Assembly: GCF_006345805.1 (NCBI RefSeq)
Contig: NC_042999.1
Location: forward strand, 49,104,001-49,168,000
From: Octopus sinensis
Taxonomy: Eukaryota
Direction: 5' to 3'
DNA: 64,000 bases
The position numbers were made by a program, and so were the translations under genes. Positions 54,355-64,000 of this stretch are shown one piece after another. How positions within the stretch are numbered: the stretch's first letter is position 1; every line of letters begins with the position of its first letter. The notes under the pieces are model-generated. The model was not told where the DNA came from. It ran no database searches and saw only the letters and a program-made list of their open reading frames with translations.

Positions 54355-54776
54355 AAATGTATGCATACATTCAAACACACAGTTTCTGTTGGGTTTTATT
54401 TAACATTGATTTGGCTGGGTGTAATTTTCCACTTTTTGTTTTTGCTAATTTTATTGCAGTCCTCATTTCATCTCTGTTCATTAAATCATATAATGTTTGC
54501 AAAATATAAAAAAAAACTATCCAAGTTTTGTAATTTATGAATTTATATCCACCATAATGTCTTAACCATAAATAGAAATCGCACTGAAAATGTATACACT
54601 TTTCGAAAACGCTTCCTTCATCTCCAGTTCCTTTTCTTCAGATAAACTGTCCTCTTAAAAGAAATGTTTCATGTTTTGAATTTCAAACACGCTCACGCAC
54701 GCTCACACTCATATACATACATATGTGATCTCATGACTTTCTATTTATATTCATATACAAATGTCACATAGCTTGC

Positions 54777-55187
54777 GGATCTTTTCATTTTGAAAGCCAG
54801 ATTTTCCTAGTTAACTAAACAATTTGAAACTTCGTATACTGGTAGAATGTGTCAAAAGAAAACGTAATTGTAAACCAAAATGAAAACGGAATTGTAATTT
54901 CTAAGTTTAACGTTGTTTAATAATTCGAATTTTAACCAATGATATTCTTTCTTTCGACTTCATATCATTTACTGCCTGTCAAAATATCGTTACTGTGACG
55001 TAAACAGCTATTTTGTGACGTAGTTAACGTAAACATAAAATGTAAACATCCGCTTATCGTAACTAAACACTTTCAAACTTCGTGGAGTATATATAAAATT
55101 TGTGCAGATCCTAAATAGCTAAATTCTTTTTGAAAGTCTTAGTATATATAAAATGAGTGTTTAAATTTTTTCCATTGTTTGCATTGC

Positions 55188-55238
<51 letters not shown>

Positions 55239-56052
55239 TACATACACACATACTAAAATTACATCGTTGGAGCAGTAATTTATTTATGATTTTTGTTATA
55301 CAATTTTTTTAAGCTGAATCCTATCCTGCCATTAACCTCTTTCTTATAAAATAGTTGAAGAATCTGGGGTGTAGGAATTGGGCCAGTATTGGGACTTTTA
55401 ACTTCTTGCTCTCTATCTTATGATCTCCGAAATTTAAGAATCTTGTGTTAACTGAGCTCTTATTATTTACTCTGACTCTGCCACCACCTCAATGCAAAGA
55501 CTATCAATATCATAATCATCTTCACAACCACCCCTACAACCACTACTACAACCTCCAATGCCACCACCACAACCATCTTCTGCAACCACAACCCCAAGAT
55601 CAATACCAGCATCATATTCAAAATCACCAATTTCACCACCACTACACTCTGCAATGTATTCAACACTACCATCCATGAGACATCCTAACATAATCAATGC
55701 TACTACTACTATCATCATCATTATCATCATCATCCACTGCCGCGACCACCACCACCACTGTCATGATAACCATATCTACCACAGCTGTTTGCTTACTGCT
55801 TACCCACTCACAAAATAGCTGTCTACGTCACAGTAACACTATGCAGCTAATAATATCAAATGAGAACAGACAATACGATTGGTTAAAATTCGCAGATTTA
55901 AACTACGTTTAAACTTATAAAATACATTTTTGTCAAACAAACTAGTTGAAATTATTGTTTTCTTTTAACACATTCTACCAGTATACGAAGTTTCAAATTA
56001 TTTAGTTAACTAGAAAAATCTGAAAAATCTGGATTTCAAAATGAAAAGATCC
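54777..56052. mobile_element. Non-autonomous TIR transposon with an 8-bp TSD (Merlin-like by GG termini and TSD length)
   Basis: TAGCTTGC|ggatcttttcattttgaaa ... tttcaaaatgaaaagatcc|TAGCTTGC, with TIRs of ~85-95 bp and no coding capacity. Confidence 0.85.
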
Positions 56053-56494
56053 TAGCTTGCTAGAGGCAATGGCCTCCTGGAGCTAATCAACGGCAGCATT
56101 CATCCTATTTTTCTGGACTGCCATGTTAGCTTGGCGATAACTATTACTATTCAGTACCGCTGCCGTAGTCTCCTTTAGAGAGGCTTAGAAATATAAATAT
56201 TTTTATTTTTGAAAACCAGTGGATGTATTACACTGAATTTAGGTAAATAATCCTTCGAACAGACGGTTAGTAGTGACACCTGCTTGGTTCGGCTGCTCTA
56301 CATTGATAAGGAGCAAATACCCTGAAACTAGACTGTAGATGCCAGACCGGCAAGGGGGAGCAGCTGACCTCCCCTGTTCAAAGGTTATAATGGACACAGG
56401 TTCGTGTGTCACATAGCTAGCTAGTGGCGATGGCCTCTTGTAACTAATCAATGTCCTATTTTTCTGGACTGCCATGTTAGCTTGATAACTATTA
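56053..56494 (+). mobile_element. Retrozyme-like unit: ~355-bp monomer plus partial direct repeat
   Basis: 56053-56146 is repeated at 56414-56494 (e.g. tcctatttttctggactgccatgttagcttg). The unit holds many short hairpins and an HHR. Confidence 0.6.
56297..56339 (+). ncRNA. Minimal type I hammerhead-like motif (U3-A8; U16.1 mutated to A)
   Basis: UCUACA / UUGAUAA / GG-AGCAAAUAC-CC-U / GAAA-CUAG-AC / UGUAGA, with a perfect 6-bp stem I. Confidence 0.6.
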
Positions 56495-56984
56495 ATATGT
56501 GTGTGTGTGTGTATGTGTGTATGTGTGCGTATATGTATGTATATGTGTATGTGTGGGTGTGTGGTTGTGTGTATGTTTGTGAGTGCTATGTGAGGTTTAA
56601 TAAAATGAGAAAGGAAGGGGTGATAGATGAATAAGGAAGGGAGGGGTTATGGCAAACTGGCAGTGGGATCGTTTCAATTCTGTGTGAATATATGTGTGCG
56701 TATGTAAAAGGGAGGTATGCGTGGGTGTCTAACAATGCCCCCACTCCGCCCACTGATAATGGAAGAGGCAGCGAATGTACTGATTGGCAGAAAATTCTGT
56801 AAATTATCAGACTTTGAACACCTGTAACATTTTTGCAGTTTTTCTGGAATAAATTGAATAAATTCGGATTCAGCCTCAAAAATTACATCTATACGAGACA
56901 TTGAAAAATCCTTTTAAAGATAATATAATGGTAAACAGTGATGAAAATCACAAAGATCCGAACAGATTGAAGTAAAATGAAAAC

Positions 56985-57090
56985 CAATGTTATGCTCAAG
57001 AACATAATGCATGGCCTAGTCAAGGAATCGAAACCACAATCTTACTATCATGACTGCAACATCGTAACCATTAAGTTATGCGCCCTCCAC
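56985..57090 (-). mobile_element. SINE family C-like head fragment
   Basis: Minus strand gtggagggcgcataacttaatggttacgatg...gtaagattgtggtttcgattcct...ttcttgagcataaca. Confidence 0.55.
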
Positions 57091-57568
57091 ATTCAGTAGC
57101 AATAGCTATATATTTTACAACGGAAGAGTAAATCTAGAGGAAATTGGTGTTTCGAGAATTGTGTTTCTTTCCTTGTTACATATGCTCTGTTAACTTGCAT
57201 TTCTCCCGAGACTTAAAGATACAAGATAATAAGAGTATACTTGAATATACATTCTCTGGGAAAACTATTTACGTTGAAGGTACATAAATGTTTGTATGTG
57301 AACTCAATTCAATGAAACCATATATAAAAAATAAAAGACAAACGATTGCAGCTGTTATATTTGTATATATTTATACATGGTGTATATATTATTAATGTAT
57401 GTACATTTATGAAAATGACAATTGTTGCCATTCATAAATATAAATTGCAATTAAAATATACATTATCCTATGTAAGTACAAGACTTCTAGCTTCAATTTC
57501 TAATTTGAACTACACTGGAACACAATAGCAGGCAACCAGTTGATAGAGACTGATTCGAATGCAATAAA

Positions 57569-58035
57569 TCTGACTATATATATATATATATAAAGCTGAA
57601 ATGCGAAAAAGTTATTTGATTTCTTGGTTATTTGTCTCATTTGGGGATGGGAACGGTAGATGGGGTCGGATTCGCGCCAGAATTTACACTGGGGGGGTAA
57701 AATGGGGTGGGCAATCGTGTGAGGAGAGTTGCAATCGCTCGGGGCTACCGTTTGGTTTCCATGGTGAGGAATATGGGAAAAATTGAGTTTTATAGGATAG
57801 GCAGATTGCCATGTTTTAATAATGGTGGCTTTTCGTGTTGCTGCAGGGGCTAGAGGGGGTTATCTTTAATTGTGGGAGTAAAAATTTGAGGGATTTTGGA
57901 AAGGGGGGTAAAGAAGAAGGCAATAAAAAGAATCAAGCAAAGAAGACGAACAAAAGAAGAAAGGGAAAAGGTGACAACACACACAAAACAACACCACCAC
58001 CAAAATCCGAGCGAAGCACGGGTCAGAATAGCTAG
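57569..58035 (+). mobile_element. Non-autonomous Helitron
   Basis: A|TCtgac(ta)n-aagctgaa ... ccgagc-gaa-gcacgg hairpin, then CTAG|T. Confidence 0.75.
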
Positions 58036-58810
58036 TCTATATATATAACGGAACAAGAACGTAACGGATGACAATGAAAGCATACGGACAGAAGGACGAT
58101 ACAAAGACGGACAGGGAAACTAGGACGGAACATTCGTGACTTTCAGTCCTTCAGTCAAGCTTCCAATAATCATTACAATTTCGACCTGTTACACTTGAGA
58201 CTGTTCAAAATTAGTAGGCCCCAAAAATCTAAGCTAAGAGCATTACATTTTTGGAAGAAAGCGAGCGAATATGTGCGACAACACGAGCAGAAAAAAGTGA
58301 AAACGGAGAAAATGTTACACGATTACAAATACAAACAGCTACAATAATAACAGTTGTCTTTCGACTAAAAGGACAAGGTAAGTTAAGCTGGCGTGTGAGG
58401 TGGAAGCCTTGTGGCAAATAACATATATGAAAGACAGGAGAGAGGAAAATAAGGTGTTGAGCGAGCAGTGGTCAGGCCAAGAAAGAAAGATAAAGCTTGG
58501 CCGAGCACCGATCACGTGGAAGGAAAAAAGAGAGGTAGGGAAAAGAAAGATTGAAGAATTTGGAAATGAACGAAAGAGAGAGGGGGACGGAGGGAAAGGT
58601 ACAAGGGGGACAACAGAGGAATTTAGAGCGGTTAAAGAAAGAATACCTAGAAATGTGAAAGAGGGAGAGCAAGAAAAAGTAAAATGGAAAGAAAGAGCAT
58701 GTCAAGAAAGTGAGAGAGGGGAGCGAGAAGAAGAAAAGAAGAAAGAAAGAATAAGAAAGTCGTACAGAATTAGATATATATTTTCTTACAAGCTGAGCTA
58801 TATGTATATT

Positions 58811-59000
58811 CGAGGGTTGTATGAAAAGATTTGAGCGTATATAACAAAAGGTGTTTTCTATAACAAGATGTCTTAGTGTATATATGTTTCTGTGCGTCGC
58901 CATCAAATGATTTTGAAGAAAATATTCAACTGACCAGGATCCGATTTGCACTTTTTGACCGCTTAAAAATGTTTTGAGTAGGTTCCTATGATAACTAAAA
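58811..59000 (-). mobile_element. Possible mariner 3' fragment
   Basis: cgagggttgtatgaaaag resembles a mariner TIR, and the minus-strand LLKTFLSGQK resembles the LK.FL.GK.F motif. Weak; no second TIR found. Confidence 0.3.
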
Positions 59001-59350
59001 CAAAAATGAATATATAGGCACACCGTTTAGGATATTTCCAAAACTAGGGAAATAAGTATGATTGAATGGTTTATCGTCGCTCATGTACTGAAGGAGTTTT
59101 GTTTTTATAAGTTAAACCTATTTTGTTCTCAGAAAATGGCCGCCGCCTTCAGTGTGTTATGGTTATTACAACTGTTATTTGTACTGCTTTCTTGGCGTTG
59201 AAATTGTGTCTGTCGAGTTCTACAGTGATGGTAAGGTAGATGTATCTCAGGCTTGTAATTCTATTTCAGTTCACATACACAATGAGTGGTGTATACGCAC
59301 ACGCTAGCACACACTCACACACACACATATATATGTGTATATATATATGC

Positions 59351-59422
<72 letters not shown>

Positions 59423-60299
59423 ATATATATTATATATATATATATATACACGCGCACACAGAGAATATATAAAGAGTTTACGTCAACTTGTTTGCTACTT
59501 TTGTAATCCGCCCGAAACTATTCGGTAGCCGCTAATCTTAGAAATGATTTGAAGAGCCCATGTGAAGGCTCCTGACATCATCCAATGAGAAACAAATTCA
59601 TTTGTGAAAGCACTGTGCTTCCCATTCGTCATCCGAAAGACAAACGTTCTTTTCAAGTCTAAGAGAAATGTTTGTACAATAATATATGTAAATGAAATAA
59701 GTAAACTACAAAATATACACCCGCATTGATATACACATATAAAAATATACATATGTTCATATTATATACATATAACTACATATGCATATGTATCATATAT
59801 ATACGTGTATGATATATATATGTGTGTGTGTCAATATACATATGTATATATATATACACACACCCACATATATACATACATACATACATACATACACATA
59901 TTCATATGTGAGTGTTTGTTTATAGAACAGGAAGAGAAATATTGAAGCAGAAGCTGACTTGATTAAATGAACAACAAAATGTGCATCAGGGGAAATTCAG
60001 GAAAATTGAATGTATATCTTTTGGATTATTTTGAATTATATTTAACATCGAACTACTTGTCTAGGAATAATATACGGATAAGATGCAGCAACATTAGAAA
60101 ATTGGAATGAAGACGTCAATGTTTATATTCTTACTGAAAGGGATAGACATAGATATACACAGAGAAACTTGCACATGCGCACAGTTGCAGTAAGACGTAG
60201 CGAGGTTCTTCCAAAACCTCGTATACGCATTTAAACACCGACGGTAAAATACGCAAATATCATATATATTAATACATAACATTTATCTACGTATCTGTG

Positions 60300-60349
60300 T
60301 GTCTATTTATCTATCAGTCTATCTATCTATCAATCTATCTATCTATCAG

Positions 60350-60423
<74 letters not shown>

Positions 60424-60490
60424 CTTCTATCTATCTATCTATTTATCTATCCAGCTATCTCTATCTGTTAGTGTATCTATCTATCCATCC
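60300..60490. repeat. (TATC)n microsatellite
   Basis: Direct reading. Confidence 0.95.
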
Positions 60491-60670
60491 ATTTCTCTCT
60501 TTCTCTCTCACTCTCTCTATGTATATAAGTATGTATACATATATGCTTACACACTCACACACACACGCACACGCACACACGCACACATATATACGTATTT
60601 ATATATATATACACATAACTATGTATATAAATATATATGCATATACATGTACTTTCTTCATAGGTTAACT

Positions 60671-60722
60671 AGGATACTGTTGGTTTCATGTTAAGTGATA
60701 TCTCTTAGCTATTATCAAACCT
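60671..60722 (-). ncRNA. Decayed hammerhead-like motif (U3-A8)
   Basis: AGGU / UUGAUAA / uagcUAAG-agauauca-CUUAacau / GAAA-C-CAACA-G-UA / UCCU. Confidence 0.4.
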
Positions 60723-61387
60723 GTTCTATTGGATGCTGGTGTTCGTCTCCGTCTGAATAAAACATGATAAAATCACGAGAGGTTTTGGAGAAAAGAATAT
60801 TTATGTGAGGGGGTGCCTCCCTAATTATTACATCACTTGCATTAAATTTGATTTTATTGTGACAGGTACATACACTCATATATACACATATCTAATGGCT
60901 CACCCGACCCTGCCTATATCATACATTTTAGTAAGTGCCCTTTATTGTTTGCATTTGCAAATGTGTGCACCTGATTACAGAGTTTCACTTATTTATAGCA
61001 TATTCTGGCGTCAAACTTGGTGTATAGAGTATCTGTGAAATCATAAAATTGTATATTCAAAAGTTTATGGAATGGAGATAACAAATTGGGAATTGTTCAC
61101 ACATCATGTAAATATTTGCTTATTACAAAACGTCGTGCGATCTCAAGTGATTTCATTGCGGCTTCATCTCAGGTAGAGATGAACGACAAGGTCCCAAGCA
61201 ACAGCGCTTGATAAGTGTGAAGGCATATATCTCTGTTTGCATAAAACCAATAGTAGCCTAAGTAATTCATAAATAAAGAATGTTTATCCAATAAAGCCGT
61301 GTTGAGCACTCATTCATACTGTTCGATATCAACGTAAACAGATTATATATATATGTGTGTGTGTGTGTTGTATGAGTGTGTGTGTAA

Positions 61388-61419
<32 letters not shown>

Positions 61420-61459
61420 CTCTGCGCGCGATATATTCTTTTATTTTTTAATCTTTTTT

Positions 61460-61835
61460 TAATTGTTCCAGTAATTTGACTGTGACCATGCTGGAGCACC
61501 GCCTTTGGTCGAACAAATCGACACCAGTACGTATTCTTTGTAAACCTAGTACTTATTCTATCGGTCACGTTTGCCCAACCGCTACGTTACGGGGACATTA
61601 ACATACCAGCATCGGATGTCAAGCGACATTGGGGAACAAAGACACACAAACATACACGCATATATTTATATACGACGGGCTTCTTTCAGTTTCCGTCTAC
61701 CAAATCTCCTCACAAGGCTTTGGTCAGCCTGAGGCTATAGTCGAAGGCTCTTGCCCAAACCGCCACGCACTTGGACCGAACCCCAAACCATGTGTTTGGG
61801 AAGCAAGCTTCTTACCACACAGCCAGACCTGCACC
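61460..61835 (-). mobile_element. SINE family A, full length, diverged
   Basis: Colinear with the reverse complement of 42134-42543. Confidence 0.85.
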
Positions 61836-62544
61836 ATATATATATATATATACACACACATATATATATATGTGTGTGTATGAGCGCGTGTGAGTGTGAG
61901 TACATATATATTAAAAGTTGTGAGTAAATATACGTTTTTGTCAGTGATTTGTTATACAATATAAATGTTAGCTGTCAACAAGTTAAAAGCTCAATCAAGT
62001 TATTGTATTTATTGATCATTGATCAAGCAATATTTATGCTGGTGACGATAATCATTGTTATCATTATCAGTATTTATTGTTGCGTTTATTAGTGTTATTA
62101 AAATTAACACTAACACTTCCTCACTATATACGTATCGATGCATGTTTGTATACATACACACCACACAGGTATATATAAGTATATATATATACATACATAT
62201 TTATATGAGTATATATATATGTGTGTGTGTGCGCATGTATGCGTTGTGTGGTTATATGTATACATATTTATGTGTATATATATATATATACATACACATA
62301 AATATACACGAATATACATACAGACATATGTTTGTCTTAGCATGGTAAACTGTTAATAACATTATCAAATTATGCTTATAAACACATTAGACGTTGTCGC
62401 TATTTGCTTTGAAAGATTCCTCGTCTTACGTTAGTGCAATGATAGCATGTACAACTCTAACAAAGACGACAATAATCAAACCACTACCACGGCCGCTGCT
62501 GCAACTACTACTACTACAGGGTGGGGAGGGGACTAGTCAATAAC

Positions 62545-62702
62545 ATGGAGCCCGATGTTTCCCTGGTACTTAATTTATCAACCCCGAAAGGATTAGAAGC
62601 AAAGTTGACCTCAGCGGAATTTGATTTTAGAACGTAAAAATTGAAGAAATGCAGCCAAGTATTTTTCCCGGTATGTTAGTGATTCTGCCAGCTCGCCGCC
62701 TT
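62545..62702 (-). mobile_element. SINE family B, 5' part
   Basis: ctggtacttaatttatcaaccccgaaagga...gattctgccagctcgccgcct. Confidence 0.75.
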
Positions 62703-62774
62703 AATAATAATTACAAGATCTTGTGGGACTTTCCCATGGAGACTGAGCATACTATTGAGGCAAGAAGAGCAGAT

Positions 62775-62807
62775 AGCAGCGGCAGCAGCAGCAGTAGCAG
62801 TAGCAGC

Positions 62808-62899
<92 letters not shown>

Positions 62900-62900
62900 C
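62775..62900. repeat. (CAG)n grading into (TAG)n
   Basis: Direct reading. Confidence 0.95.
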
Positions 62901-63285
62901 ATGGATCTGCAACATGCTGAGCAAAGTTCAAAGGCAAAACACTAAACCTATGACGTTAGACTGTTAACGGTCATGAAATCGGGTGATTAGCAAAAATAAT
63001 ATAGATTGATTAGTGGTACATATCAATAAACAAAACTACACAAAAGTGTCACCAAAGTGAAGGACCATAACACGGGGCAATTCAATGCACTCCAGGTATA
63101 ACCATCGATTACCCTGACACAATGATAGCTACTGACTTCCACCAGATTTTCTTCTCGACTACGGCTGCGAATTTTCATTCTGCCCGTTCAACTGTCACGT
63201 CAATTTTGCCATTCCCATTCAATTGAAATGCAATTTACTTCTCTTTAATAGCTGTTTGATAAATTAAATGAGGTCTTAGAATAGG

Positions 63286-63850
63286 GCATGGAGGCGCATG
63301 GCTTAGGAATTAGAGTATTTGGCTTACGATGGTAAGGTCACGATTGTAAGATTGAAGGCGGTGAGCTGGCAGAAATGTTAGCACGCCGGGCGAAATGCTT
63401 AGCGATATTTCGTCTGTCGCTACGTTCTGAGTTCACAATCCGCCGAGGTCGACTTAGCCTTTCATCCTTTCGGGGTCGATAAATTAAGTACCAGTTACGC
63501 ACTGGGGTCGATATAATCGACTTAATCCGTCTGTCTGTCCTTGTTTGTCTCCTCTGTGTTTGGCCCCTTGTGGGTAGTAAAGAAATAGATTGTAAGATCG
63601 TGAGTTCGATTGCGGCAGCGCATTGCGTCACTTTATTTCACGTTGCTCAAGGCCACTCAGCTGGCAAAATTGAATACTATTTCAAATGGCCAACCATGTC
63701 AGACTCTGTGTTACGTTGAATCTCCCTGAGAACTACGTTATGGGTACATGTGTCTGTGGAGTGCTCATCCACATGCACGCTATATTTCACAAATAAGCCG
63801 TTTCATTGATCGGATCAACTGGAACCCTCGTCGTAACTGACGGAGTGCAC
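63286..63850 (+). mobile_element. SINE family C copy interrupted by a family B copy
   Basis: Head ggaggcgcatggcttag at ~63289 resumes at 63588 with gattgtaagatcgtgagttcgatt...cactttatttcacgttgctc...ctccctgagaactacgtta. Confidence 0.75.
63353..63587 (+). mobile_element. SINE family B, full length, with an 11-bp TSD
   Basis: gattgtaagat at 63342-63352 and 63588-63598 flanks ggcggtgagctggcagaa...ccccttgtgggtagtaaagaaata. Confidence 0.9.
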
Positions 63851-64000
63851 TAATCTCAGTCCACTAGAAATCTTAATTCATAATAAGCAACAGAGGAACA
63901 CCACTCTCTGCCAGGAGGAAGCAGTTAATTGCTTTTTAGTATTAAACCAAGATCCGGAATTCTACCAATGGCGATAAAAATTTGTTCTACATAAACCTAC

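Noticed and set aside
55445-55820. His/Pro/Thr-rich ORFs
   Set aside because: A decayed CAC/CAT repeat inside a non-autonomous transposon.
58400-59023. 144-aa and 183-aa ORFs
   Set aside because: Purine-rich low-complexity strand bias; no domain.
59542-59603. UUGAAGA-GCC...GAAA with AAAUGA/UCAUUU
   Set aside because: The stem I register and stem III do not fit an HHR.

Overview
AT-rich, microsatellite-saturated eukaryotic non-coding DNA (intergenic or intronic). I find no intact protein-coding gene; almost all supplied ORFs are translations of simple repeats. The SINE families and repeat texture resemble an octopus/cephalopod genome (inference). The window holds: (1) three tRNA-derived SINE families in more than 20 copies; (2) decayed DNA transposons (three Tc1/mariner types, a Chapaev3-like remnant, a MITE with an 8-bp TSD, three non-autonomous Helitrons); (3) a probable solo LTR; (4) a near-intact tRNA-Leu(TAA); and (5) a 76-nt pre-miRNA-like hairpin. 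The main signal is about a dozen type I hammerhead-ribozyme (HHR) motifs, read by eye, in at least eight sequence-unrelated short elements. Several sit in fold-back (inverted arm + tail) elements inside (AT)n tracts. One lies downstream of a Penelope-like GIY-YIG remnant, and one lies in a ~355-bp retrozyme-like repeat unit. Four unrelated families carry a compensatory U3-A8 core. All structures were derived manually and none were computationally validated.
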